From the NCBI GenBank assembly GCA_035697485.1, contig DASSCU010000049.1, positions 81,200-145,199 of the forward strand: DNA of 64,000 bases. Reading direction: 5' to 3'. The first letter of the stretch is position 1, and every line of letters starts with the position of its first letter. Below are positions 7,637 to 16,029 of this stretch, one piece after another. This DNA comes from Actinomycetota bacterium. GTDB taxonomy: Bacteria > Actinomycetota > UBA4738 > HRBIN12. The position numbers and the translations under genes are program-made. A model generated the notes under the pieces. The model ran no database searches. It was not told the origin of the DNA and saw nothing but the letters and a program-made list of their open reading frames with translations.

Positions 7637-8529
7637 GCCGCCTCCAGACGGGGGCCACGATCGCCCCGGATCGAGTGGCGGACGGTGCCGTCGACCCCGA
7701 CGACCACGCTCGGCGCATCGTGGACCGATCGCGTTCCCCGCAACAGCGCGACGGTGGCCGCGACCTCGGCGTCGGCGCACGTGGGACCCCAGACGGTGAC
7801 TTGGATCGCGTCGGTGATCGCGGGCGCTCCCGTTCGCGGGTCGATCACGTGGTGCAGACCGGTGCCCCACGAGCGCTTCGCCGTGCTCGAAGTGGCGAGC
7901 GCGCCACGGTCGACCAGCAGCGTCAGGATCGATCCGCCGGCCACCTCAGGGTCGTCGACGTCGATCGGCAGCAGCGGCGCGTGCTCGCTCACGCGCAGGT
8001 CACCTCCGGCTGCGACGAGTACCCACGGGATCCCAGCCGAGATCGCCGCGTCGACCGCGAGGTCGACGCTCCAGCCTTTGGCGACGCCACCGAGGTCCAG
8101 CCCGACGCCGGGAGGGAGGCGGACCTCCCCGTCTCCCAGCTCGATCTCTGCCCATCGCCCGCAGGGGACCGGGGGTCCCAGCACGCCCCTCGCCGCGCGG
8201 ATCACCTCGTCGAGATCCCGATCGTAGCCGGCGGATTCGACGGCACGAAGCACGGTGGGGTCGAACGCTCCCTCGGTCGATGCGGCTCGATCGAGCGAGT
8301 AGCGGAGCAGCGACCCGAGGCCGTCCGAGAGGCGCGTCCACGAACCCGCGCGACGGTTCAGACGCGACAGCTCGCTGTCGGGGCGGAACCGACTGCACCG
8401 CCGTTCCTCGCGACGGAAGGTGGCTACCACGGCCTCCCAGCCCTCGTCGAAGGCCTCGGGTGGGCCGTACATGCTGAGGGTGGTTCCCATCGCCGGCGTG
8501 TCGATCCGTCGGGTGCTCCCGGTGACCAT
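7633..8529 (-). CDS. apbE: FAD:protein FMN transferase (ApbE family)
   Basis: AMGTTLS near the N-terminus, FDPTV, and LDLGGVAKGWSVD, GDL and HHVIDPRTG blocks typical of ApbE. The start ATG at 8529 overlaps the upstream stop by 1 nt (TGATG). Confidence 0.85.
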   Translation of the reverse strand: MVTGSTRRIDTPAMGTTLSMYGPPEAFDEGWEAVVATFRREERRCSRFRPDSELSRLNRRAGSWTRLSDGLGSLLRYSLDRAASTEGAFDPTVLRAVESAGYDRDLDEVIRAARGVLGPPVPCGRWAEIELGDGEVRLPPGVGLDLGGVAKGWSVDLAVDAAISAGIPWVLVAAGGDLRVSEHAPLLPIDVDDPEVAGGSILTLLVDRGALATSSTAKRSWGTGLHHVIDPRTGAPAITDAIQVTVWGPTCADAEVAATVALLRGTRSVHDAPSVVVGVDGTVRHSIRGDRGPRLEAA

Positions 8530-8861
8530 CACGAGCCTCCCGTCGATGGAGGAGGCGCAGGGGCGGGAGCGGGGACTCCTACCGTGCCCGACGAGCTCAC
8601 CTGCACGTAGGTGATCGGCGCGCTGGTCGCCGGCTCCACTACCACGACCCGTCTGGTGATGCGCCGAACGATCACCCGCTGTCGAGGGGCCCACCGGCCC
8701 CTCGACAGCTGGGCCTGCTCGGGCATGGGGGCTGCACCGAGCGCACCGACCCCGGCGAGGAAGGTGGCGATCCCGGTCGTCCAGGCGATGGTGCGCAGAC
8801 GGCTGCGGCTCCAGCGAGCCTTCCGGCGGGGGGCGTCAGTCGTCGTCACCGTGGTCCTCAC
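8529..8861 (-). CDS. small signal-anchored Arg/Pro-rich protein, unknown function
   Basis: 110 aa. One N-terminal TM segment (IAWTTGIATFLAGVGALGAA), a basic segment RVIVRRITRRVVVV and a Pro/Ala tail. Translationally coupled to apbE. The start is a GTG and is uncertain. Confidence 0.5.
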   Translation of the reverse strand: MRTTVTTTDAPRRKARWSRSRLRTIAWTTGIATFLAGVGALGAAPMPEQAQLSRGRWAPRQRVIVRRITRRVVVVEPATSAPITYVQVSSSGTVGVPAPAPAPPPSTGGS

Positions 8862-9219
8862 CGTGGTCTTCGGCGTGGTCCTCGTCCCCGTGGCCCTCGT
8901 CCTCAGGCTCGGCGCCCTCGGACCCGTCCTCGTAGGACTCGTCGTCCTCCGACGACTCGGTCGAGTCGTTCGAGGGCGTGGTCGTCATCGCCGGTGCGGC
9001 GATCTGCACGACCTCGCCCGCCTTGGCCTCGGCCTTCTTGTGGACCGTCACGGTGCGCCGCACGGTTCGGACGACCGGCTCCGACTCTGCCCGCCGGTCG
9101 ACCCGAGGAACCGCGCTGCTCACGCTCGGTCCCGTCAGCCCGACCGCGACGGCAAGTCCGCCCACGATCAGGGTGAGCACCAGTCCTGCAGCCACCAACA
9201 GTGCGGATCGCTTGTTCAT
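8836..9219 (-). CDS. small membrane-anchored protein with acidic His-rich tail
   Basis: 127 aa with a Shine-Dalgarno-like AAAGGGGA upstream of the ATG at 9219. N-terminal TM segment, basic segment VVRTVRRTVTVHKK, and C-terminal EDEGHGDEDHAEDHGEDHGDDD. Confidence 0.6.
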   Translation of the reverse strand: MNKRSALLVAAGLVLTLIVGGLAVAVGLTGPSVSSAVPRVDRRAESEPVVRTVRRTVTVHKKAEAKAGEVVQIAAPAMTTTPSNDSTESSEDDESYEDGSEGAEPEDEGHGDEDHAEDHGEDHGDDD

Positions 9220-9463
9220 CGCGCGTCCCCTTTCGTTGGGTTCCCGGATCAGCGATCGTCGTCGGGCCCGTTCGAGCCGGTACCGTCGTCCGAGCCGGAG
9301 CTCATCGAGGACCTCATCCGGGTCGCGGCGGGCTCGTTCCCGCCGAGGACCACGCTATGGAGGCGCCCTCAAGGCCCGGTGCAAGCCAGGGTTAAGGTTC
9401 GGGTAAGCCCTCGAGGACGCAGGGTGCCCGCCCACCGGGGAGGCATTCCCTCCGGAGCCGCGG

Positions 9464-10189
9464 TCAGACCACGGTGGTCAGGTCCGCGACGAGGACGGGA
9501 TCGCCCGAGGGCGTCGAGGGGCAGTCCGACGGCTCGGTCGTCACGGCCATCGTGTCGGTCGTGCCGACGCTCGCCTCGACCCGCACGGCGACCACTCCGT
9601 CGGTCGGTGAGACGCATCCCCCCGACACGGCCTCGTCGCCCTCGATCATCCAGATCTCGTAGACGCGATCCGCGCCGGGCTCGGGGAGGTCACTGCCCCA
9701 GAACACCGCTCCGGGCTCGCCGGGCGTGAACGCCATCGCGAGGCTGCCCTCGGTGTCGCCGGTGAAGGCGACGAGTCGCTGGGACGTCGTCGCCCGCACG
9801 CTCGTGGTCGACGGCACGATCGCGCCGACAGCCACGAGCGCGATCGCGACGACGGCCGCCGCCGCGACCAACGCCTGCCAGACACGCGGGCGTCGCGCCC
9901 TGTGCTCCTCGAGCTCATCGGGGATCTCGACGATCGTCTCGGTCGTCGCCGATGCGCCGCCCCCGCCCAGGATGCGATCGGCTATGGCGTCATCGACCGG
10001 CTCGGGGTCGAGCGCGAACGCCAGACGGCCCGCGATCTCCGCGAATCCAGCCTCGAGGGCGGTGCAGTCGGGGCAACCCGTTCCGTGCGACGCACGCTCA
10101 AGCTCGAGCAGGCCTCGGTCGCCGCCATCGAGCCCGCCGAGCGCGTCGACCGCCAAGAGCTCCTCGATCACGGTATGGTCGCGCGTCAT
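9464..10189 (-). CDS. anti-sigma factor, ZAS motif plus RskA-like extracytoplasmic domain
   Basis: H-x3-C-x2-C motif (HGTGCPDC), one central TM segment (ALVAAAAVVAIALVAVGAIV) and a C-terminal YEIWMIEGDEAVSGG block typical of anti-sigma-K (RskA) domains. Its start overlaps the sigma gene stop (ATGA). Confidence 0.8.
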   Translation of the reverse strand: MTRDHTVIEELLAVDALGGLDGGDRGLLELERASHGTGCPDCTALEAGFAEIAGRLAFALDPEPVDDAIADRILGGGGASATTETIVEIPDELEEHRARRPRVWQALVAAAAVVAIALVAVGAIVPSTTSVRATTSQRLVAFTGDTEGSLAMAFTPGEPGAVFWGSDLPEPGADRVYEIWMIEGDEAVSGGCVSPTDGVVAVRVEASVGTTDTMAVTTEPSDCPSTPSGDPVLVADLTTVV

Positions 10190-10809
10190 CGCTCCACCTC
10201 CGCGAGCACCTCGCGCATCCGGCGCATGCCGAGCAGCGTCCGGGACTTCACGGTGCCGAGCGGGCTGCCGGTCTTCTCGGCGATCTGCGATTGGGACAGG
10301 CCGGCGAAGTACATCATCTCGAGCACGTCCCGCTGTTCGGCGGGCAGGTCGGTGAGGGCGGCCCGCACGATTCGACGCTCCTCTGGCCGCCCGAGCTGTC
10401 GGACGACGTCGTCGGCGTGATCGGCCTGCTCCTCGAGCGCCTGCGGGATGGCCGCCTCGGCGCGCCGTCGGTGCGCCTCCTCTCGGCGCACGAGATCGAC
10501 GGCACGGTGGTGCACCATGCCCATGAGCCAGCTCTTCACCGAGCCCCGATCGCCGTCGTAGGCGCCCGGATCCCTCCAGACCGCCATGAACGCCTCCTGC
10601 ACGATCTCCTCCGCCAGATGCGATTGCCGCACGACCCTCTGCGCGAGCGCCTTGGCCGTCGGCGCGTATCGATGGAACAGACCGCGGAACGCCTCCTCAT
10701 CGCGGCGATGGAGGCGAGCCATCAGCTCACGGTCGCGCGCCTCGGACAGGTCAACCGTGCCCATCGGCGCGCTCCGATCCAGCATCAGCGTCCCCTGCGA
10801 CAACGGCAC
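10186..10809 (-). CDS. ECF-type RNA polymerase sigma factor
   Basis: Region 2 (EEIVQEAFMAVWRD, SWLMGMVHHRAVDLVRR) and region 4 (LPAEQRDVLEMMYFAGLSQSQIAEKTGSPLGTVKSR). The start is ambiguous: GTG 10809, ATG 10785 or ATG 10764. Confidence 0.85.
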   Translation of the reverse strand: MPLSQGTLMLDRSAPMGTVDLSEARDRELMARLHRRDEEAFRGLFHRYAPTAKALAQRVVRQSHLAEEIVQEAFMAVWRDPGAYDGDRGSVKSWLMGMVHHRAVDLVRREEAHRRRAEAAIPQALEEQADHADDVVRQLGRPEERRIVRAALTDLPAEQRDVLEMMYFAGLSQSQIAEKTGSPLGTVKSRTLLGMRRMREVLAEVER

Positions 10810-10867
10810 CTTCCTCGGAGCGGGCCAGGTCCGGGAGGTATTCGCAGCTCGCGGCGGAGCGGATGGA

Positions 10868-11668
10868 TCAGCCCTCCGAGCGATCGTGCAGCCTGCGACC
10901 CGCGGTCTCGAGGATCTCGGACAGCGTGTTCGGCGATGCCGGGTCGTAGAGGGCGCTGCCGACCGAGAGCGAGAGTGGGTGGGGAGGATCCTGCGCGGCG
11001 TTGTGCACGGCGATCGCCTCCACCAGCCGAGAGAGCACGAGGGTCTCGGCGCCCAGGGCGTTGCCGGTCAACAACACGGTGAACGTGTCGTCGGTGATGC
11101 GGGCGGGCAGGTCGGCGTCGCGAACGGCCTCGAGCAGCACCTCGGCCGCCTGCCGCGCATCCTCGTCGGTGATCTCGCCCTCGAGGCGTACGAACAGGAA
11201 GACGACGGGGTTCTGGCTGCGATCGGCCATGTGCAGGTGATGCTCGGCGATCGGCACGAAGCCGCGCAGGTTCGGCAGGCCGGTCGCCTCGTCGGTCGTC
11301 GCGAGCTCGCGTCGGAGCCGGCGGATCGACACCGCGTAGTGCACGGCCCTGGGCAGGAGCCCGTGCGGGATCGAGCCGACGACGAGGTGGTCCTCGGCAC
11401 CCGCGTGCATCGCGACCGCGCCGTCGGCCTCACGGCCGGCCTCGGTGACGACCACGATCGCGGCCTCGGGTGCCTTGCCGCGCAGGGAGCCGAGCAGCTC
11501 CAACGGTCCCGGCCCGTCCATCGCGACGACCACCGCGTCGACGGGCTCCCCGGTGTCGATCTGATCGACGCTGTCGGCGGACCGTACGTCGAACCGCTCG
11601 TCGTCGGCGAGCTCGTCGGCCATCGTCGTCTCGAGTCCTACGAGCATCACCGTCATCGCGTCGTCCAT
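10868..11668 (-). CDS. REC-like domain fused to a degenerate GGDEF domain
   Basis: 266 aa with AGGAGG upstream of the ATG at 11668. The GGDEF-domain entry motif TGLPNLRGF is present, but the active-site position reads ITDDTF instead of RxGGDEF. Confidence 0.75.
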   Translation of the reverse strand: MDDAMTVMLVGLETTMADELADDERFDVRSADSVDQIDTGEPVDAVVVAMDGPGPLELLGSLRGKAPEAAIVVVTEAGREADGAVAMHAGAEDHLVVGSIPHGLLPRAVHYAVSIRRLRRELATTDEATGLPNLRGFVPIAEHHLHMADRSQNPVVFLFVRLEGEITDEDARQAAEVLLEAVRDADLPARITDDTFTVLLTGNALGAETLVLSRLVEAIAVHNAAQDPPHPLSLSVGSALYDPASPNTLSEILETAGRRLHDRSEG

Positions 11669-11764
11669 CTCGCCTCCTGTCGGTGGCGGGATTATCCCAT
11701 CCGTGAACCCTCTCGCCGCCCCGACCGAGCCGGCCGGTCGTCCGACGGCGGAACGCCTGCCCTG

Positions 11765-11782
11765 CCACGGTTCCGCCACATG
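11765..11782 (+). promoter_or_regulatory. 18-nt element CCACGGTTCCGCCACATG, copy 1 (upstream of the LCP gene)
   Basis: Exact repeat of 18478-18495. It is also half of an inverted repeat: GGCGGAAC 11747-11754 / GTTCCGCC 11770-11777. Confidence 0.5.
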
Positions 11783-11823
11783 ATCGCCACGCGGTGTCCC
11801 AGCGGGTCCTCGGATCACCCGGG

Positions 11824-11829
11824 TACGCT
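11824..11829 (+). promoter_or_regulatory. candidate -10 hexamer TACGCT, 7 nt upstream of the LCP ATG
   Basis: TACGCT-TGGCGGC-ATG. The same arrangement occurs at 18503 and 49525. Confidence 0.45.
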
Positions 11830-11836
11830 TGGCGGC

Positions 11837-13294
11837 ATGTCCGAGGTGCCCTCCGGCGACGGTCCCGCGGCCGGTCACGGCCGCGTCGCCCGCATCGCCG
11901 TCGCGATCACCGCGACGCTGTCGCTCCTGATCGGCATCGGCAGCGCCTACGGCTTCGTCGCCTACAGGCAGGCGGGTGCAGAGGGAACGAATCCGCGCGG
12001 TGAGTGGATCCCCCCGAGCGCGGAAGGGTCGACCTCCGACGACCCGTGCGCACGCGACGTCTGCAACTACCTCCTGCTGGGCAGCGACTCCAGAGCCGGT
12101 CTCACGCCCGAGGAGCGCGACCAGTTCGGGACCGATGAGGAGATCGGGGGCGAGAACCGCGCCGACACGATCATGCTCGTTCACACCGACCCGAACCTCG
12201 AGAAGGCGATCATCCTGTCGTTCCCTCGAGATCTGTGGGTGCAGATCCCCGGTCACGGCTGGGACAAGATCAACGCGGCGTTCGAGGGCGGGCTCGATGG
12301 CGGCGGTCCGCTCCTGATGGCGAAGACCGTCCAGAAGCTCACGGGCCTGCCGATCGACCACGCCTTGTACGTCGATCTCGCGGGCTTCCAGGGACTCGTC
12401 GAAACGCTCGGCGGGGTGGACATGTGCATCTCCGGCGAGAACGTGAACACGCCTGGCTCGGTCGCGGCCCCGGGAGGTGGCACCGTCTACTACGAGGAGC
12501 CCGGTTTCATCGCCGATCCGTACACGGGATTGCTGGTCAAGCCCGGTTGCAGCACGTTGCCGGCCGACCAGGCGCTCGCGTACGTGCGAACCCGCCACCT
12601 CAAGTGTGATGCCGCCGCACCGGACTTCTTCCGGATCGCGAGGCAGCAGCAGTTCCTGCGAGCGGTCATCAACGAGCTCCTGAAGCCCGATCAGCTCGCA
12701 CAACTGCCGTTCCAGATCAAGCCGATCCTGCGCAACCTCGAACGCGACGACGGTCTCAAGATCGCCGATCTCGCGTACCTCGTCGGGCAGCTCGAGGGCA
12801 TCTCATCGGGGGCGGCAGAGTTCCGAACGGTGCCGGGCATCCCGACGACGGTGGACGGGCTCGCCGTCATCCGCCTGGACCCGGCAGCCAGGCAGATGTT
12901 CACGGCCGTCGGCGACGGCAAGCAGCTCGGATCGACAGGCACGGCCGTCTACACCCAATCGGAGGCGACGATCCCCGTCCTCGTGGTCGACCACGCGTCG
13001 GAGGGGAAGGCCGCCGAGGTGCAGGACGTGCTCTCGCAGGCCGGGTTCGACATCTCGCCCGGCACGACCACGTACATCGCCTCCTCCGAGAAGGTCGCGG
13101 GAAGCGTGATCGCTCACGCGCCCGGCGCCGACGTCGAGGGGCAGGTCGTGCAGAAGTACTTCCCCGGGCTCCAACTGAAACAGGTGAAGGGTCTGCCCGA
13201 CGACGTCGTCGTCTTCGTCGACGCGTCGTACGGACCGGCAGCCGTCGGCGGCGATGGCGGCGCGCCGCCCGAGTGCCCCTCGCCCGACGTCTGA
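11837..13294 (+). CDS. LytR-CpsA-Psr (LCP) family glycopolymer ligase with LytR_C-like C-terminal domain
   Basis: N-terminal TM anchor followed by NYLLLGSDSR, ADTIMLVHTDP, ILSFPRDLWVQIPGHGWDKINAAF and the ALAYVRTRH block. An alternative in-frame ATG is at 11780. Confidence 0.9.
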   Translation: MSEVPSGDGPAAGHGRVARIAVAITATLSLLIGIGSAYGFVAYRQAGAEGTNPRGEWIPPSAEGSTSDDPCARDVCNYLLLGSDSRAGLTPEERDQFGTDEEIGGENRADTIMLVHTDPNLEKAIILSFPRDLWVQIPGHGWDKINAAFEGGLDGGGPLLMAKTVQKLTGLPIDHALYVDLAGFQGLVETLGGVDMCISGENVNTPGSVAAPGGGTVYYEEPGFIADPYTGLLVKPGCSTLPADQALAYVRTRHLKCDAAAPDFFRIARQQQFLRAVINELLKPDQLAQLPFQIKPILRNLERDDGLKIADLAYLVGQLEGISSGAAEFRTVPGIPTTVDGLAVIRLDPAARQMFTAVGDGKQLGSTGTAVYTQSEATIPVLVVDHASEGKAAEVQDVLSQAGFDISPGTTTYIASSEKVAGSVIAHAPGADVEGQVVQKYFPGLQLKQVKGLPDDVVVFVDASYGPAAVGGDGGAPPECPSPDV

Positions 13295-14352
13295 TGCGCG
13301 CGCTGGTGCTCTCGGGAGGCGAGGGCTCGCGCCTGCGTCCGATCACCTCGACGAACGCCAAGCAGCTGATCCCGGTCGCCGGCACCCCGATCCTCTTCCA
13401 GGCGCTCGAGGCGATCGCCGACGCCGGCATCACCGAGGTCGGCATCGTGATCGGCGCGACCGGCGACGAGGTGCGTGCCGCCGTCGGCGACGGGTCCCGC
13501 TGGTCCCTCGACGTGACCTTCATCCCGCAGGAAGCGCCACTCGGCATCGCGCACGCGGTGATGACGGCCGAGGCGTTCCTGCAGCGGGATCCGTTCTTGC
13601 TCTACCTGGGCGACAACGTGCTGCTCGGCGGCGTGGCGCGATTCGTGCAGGAGTTCGAACGCAGCGACGCCGATGCCCACATCCTGCTCGCGAAGGTGCC
13701 CGAGCCCGAGCACTTCGGCGTGGCAGTGCTCGTCGGCGACCAGGTCGTGCGGCTCGTCGAGAAGCCGGTCGAACCGCTGAGCGACCTCGCGCTCGTCGGC
13801 GTCTACCTCTTCCGCGGCTCGATCCTCGACGCGTGCCACACCCTCGCGCCCTCGGGGCGCGGTGAGTACGAGATCACCGAAGCGATCCAGTGGCTGCTGG
13901 ACGAGGGCCGCGAGGTGCGCGCCGAGATGGTGAGCGGCTACTGGAAGGACACCGGGCGCCCCGAGGACCTGCTCGAGGCCAACCGGATGATGCTCTCGAC
14001 GATCGAACCCGCGACCGAGGGCGCCGTCGACGGCGCGACGACGGTCGATGGACCGGTCGTCGTTCGACCCGGCGCCTCGGTGGCGGGCAGCACCCTGCGG
14101 GGGCCGCTCGTGATCGGCGAGGGTTCGACGATCGTGGGGTCCACGATCGGCCCCGACGTCTCGATCGGCCCCGGCTGCCGCGTCGAGTCCAGCGAGGTCG
14201 CCGACTCGATCGTGATGGAGGAGTGCACGATCGCCGACGTCCACGGGCTCACCGGCTCGATCCTCGGTCGCCGGGTCGAGGTGCGGCACTCCGGCGGACG
14301 CGGAACCCATCGCTTGATCGTGGGGGATCAGAGCCGCGTCGAGGTCGACTGA
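13294..14352 (+). CDS. rmlA: glucose-1-phosphate thymidylyltransferase (long RmlA-type with C-terminal left-handed beta-helix)
   Basis: ALVLSGGEGSRLRPITSTNAKQLIPVAG, YLGDN and hexapeptide repeats at the C-terminus. The ATG overlaps the LCP stop (TGATG). Confidence 0.85.
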   Translation: MRALVLSGGEGSRLRPITSTNAKQLIPVAGTPILFQALEAIADAGITEVGIVIGATGDEVRAAVGDGSRWSLDVTFIPQEAPLGIAHAVMTAEAFLQRDPFLLYLGDNVLLGGVARFVQEFERSDADAHILLAKVPEPEHFGVAVLVGDQVVRLVEKPVEPLSDLALVGVYLFRGSILDACHTLAPSGRGEYEITEAIQWLLDEGREVRAEMVSGYWKDTGRPEDLLEANRMMLSTIEPATEGAVDGATTVDGPVVVRPGASVAGSTLRGPLVIGEGSTIVGSTIGPDVSIGPGCRVESSEVADSIVMEECTIADVHGLTGSILGRRVEVRHSGGRGTHRLIVGDQSRVEVD

Positions 14353-14417
14353 CGGTGCGGCGCCGAGTAGGTCCTTCGATGGTTCCCGGGGGTTCCGCCC
14401 CGCCCAGCATCATCGCG

Positions 14418-14780
14418 ATGGAGCAGCTCCCCAGCGTCGTGCCGGGTCGCCGCAAGGCTCTCTCGGCGTTCGTACTCGCCTGCTTCGGCCCGTTCACCAT
14501 GGGGTGCAGCTCGCCCGCCGCGATGGTCCTCGGCTTCCGCTCGCTCGACGAGTCAGCCGTCGCTGGCGCGCGGGCACCGGGCCGCGCCACCGCGTACGGC
14601 GCGATCGTCGTGGGCGCCCTCGGGCTGTGGTTCTGGGGATGGGTGGTGGCGAGGCTCGCCGGCGAGCTCTCGGAACGGGGGAAGGATCCGAACTTGGTGA
14701 TCCCGCTCGTCGTCGGGCTCGTGTTCGTCTGGGCTGTCTCGGCGCTCGCCGGGTGGCTCGCGGGGCGCGGTCCCCGCTGA
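14418..14780 (+). CDS. small membrane protein, unknown function
   Basis: About 120 aa with three hydrophobic segments. The start is uncertain; ATG 14418 is chosen. Confidence 0.5.
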   Translation: MEQLPSVVPGRRKALSAFVLACFGPFTMGCSSPAAMVLGFRSLDESAVAGARAPGRATAYGAIVVGALGLWFWGWVVARLAGELSERGKDPNLVIPLVVGLVFVWAVSALAGWLAGRGPR

Positions 14781-14823
14781 GCCCACAGCGCCGGCGGTCA
14801 CGGCCGGGTAGGGTTCGGGTTTC

Positions 14824-15981
14824 ATGCGAGCGGTGATCGACGCCCGGCCGGCGCTCGACCCACGCCGCACGGGCGTGGGTCAGTACACGCAGCAGCTGAT
14901 CCGTCACCTGCCGCATGCCGACCCCACCAGCGACTACATCGCGTGGTACCTGCACGCGAAGGGACTGCTCCGCCCACGGTCGTTCTTCTCGGGCGTGCAC
15001 GCCCCGAACCTCGCCGAGAAGGCATCGCGGTTCCCCGCCCGAGTCTTCGGGCCGATGTCATCGCGGTTGGGCGTGCCTCGCATCGAGTGGTCCGTCGGGT
15101 TCGACGTGCTGCTCGCGACGAACTTCCTGCCTCCGGCCACGAAGAGCCCGGGGGTGGTGATGGTGGTGCACGACCTCGCCTACGAACGGCTGCCCGACAC
15201 GGCTCCCCACATGGACGGCCGGTGGAGGCGGAGGTTCGATGCCTGGCTGCAGCGCGCTGCTGGGGTGCTCGTGCCCTCACGCTCGACGAAGCGTGACCTG
15301 CTCGATGCCCATCGCGTCGACGAGGCCCGCGTGCACGTGACGCCGCTCGGCGTCGACATGGCGGCGTTCGCGCCGGCGCCTCCCGAGGCCGTCGACGCGG
15401 TGCGGCGCAAGTACGGCATCGACCAGCCCTACGCGCTGTTCGTGGGCGGCATCGAACCCCGGAAGAACCTTGACGCGCTCGTGCGGGCCTTCGCGACCAC
15501 GGACGCCGGGACGCGGCTCGTGATCGCCGGCGGGCCCGTCCGATGGGACCCGAAGGCGGCCGACCGGCTCGATGCCGTGATCGCGCGCCTCCCGAACAGC
15601 GCCCGTGCTCGCTTCGTGCGCACCGGCTACGTGAGCGACCGCGAGAAGGTCGCGCTGATGAGCGGCGCGACGATGCTCACCTACCCGTCGTTGTACGAGG
15701 GGTTCGGCTTCCCGGTGCTGGAAGGTTTCGCGGCCGGGCTGCCGGTGCTCACGTCCGATGTATCGTCGCTGCCGGAGGTGACCGGCGACGCCGCGGTCGC
15801 CGTGGACCCCCGCGACGAGCGGGCGATCGCGGCCGGCATCGCCCAGCTCTTCGACGACCCGGACCTGCGGGCGATGCTCTCGGCCGCGGGCCTGACCCGG
15901 GCCACGCGCTTCACCTGGGAGGCGACGGCCCGCGGCACCGCAGAGGCGTTGCACGCCGCCCACGAGGTCGCGCACGGGTAG
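14824..15981 (+). CDS. GT4-family glycosyltransferase
   Basis: GT-B fold signatures, an E-x7-E motif (EGFGFPVLEGFAAGLPV) and GIEPRKN. A -10-like TAGGGT lies 9 nt upstream of the ATG. Confidence 0.85.
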   Translation: MRAVIDARPALDPRRTGVGQYTQQLIRHLPHADPTSDYIAWYLHAKGLLRPRSFFSGVHAPNLAEKASRFPARVFGPMSSRLGVPRIEWSVGFDVLLATNFLPPATKSPGVVMVVHDLAYERLPDTAPHMDGRWRRRFDAWLQRAAGVLVPSRSTKRDLLDAHRVDEARVHVTPLGVDMAAFAPAPPEAVDAVRRKYGIDQPYALFVGGIEPRKNLDALVRAFATTDAGTRLVIAGGPVRWDPKAADRLDAVIARLPNSARARFVRTGYVSDREKVALMSGATMLTYPSLYEGFGFPVLEGFAAGLPVLTSDVSSLPEVTGDAAVAVDPRDERAIAAGIAQLFDDPDLRAMLSAAGLTRATRFTWEATARGTAEALHAAHEVAHG

Positions 15982-16029
15982 ACTCGGCGCGTTCCCTCGA
16001 CCCGTGTGGTCCAGCCCAAGGAGCGTCGC

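Noticed and set aside
9257-9325. 22-codon minus-strand ORF (MRSSMSSGSDDGTGSNGPDDDR) in the 244-nt gap downstream of the anti-sigma gene.
   Set aside because: It has no ribosome-binding site or -10 hexamer in a suitable position, its composition is low-complexity, and nothing else supports it.
9240-9341. ECF-type -35-like GGGAAC motifs (minus strand, at 9336-9341 and 9240-9245) upstream of the acidic His-rich gene.
   Set aside because: No matching -10 element (CGT/GTC type) lies at 16-18 nt spacing, and a 6-mer of this composition is expected by chance in GC-rich DNA.
11780-11836. Alternative upstream ATG (11780) for the LCP ligase, lying inside the repeated 18-mer. The analogous case is ATG 18493 for the coiled-coil gene.
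   Set aside because: Both are preceded by no ribosome-binding site or -10 hexamer, whereas the downstream ATGs (11837, 18517) each sit 7-8 nt after TACGCT. The upstream starts cannot be excluded without experimental data.
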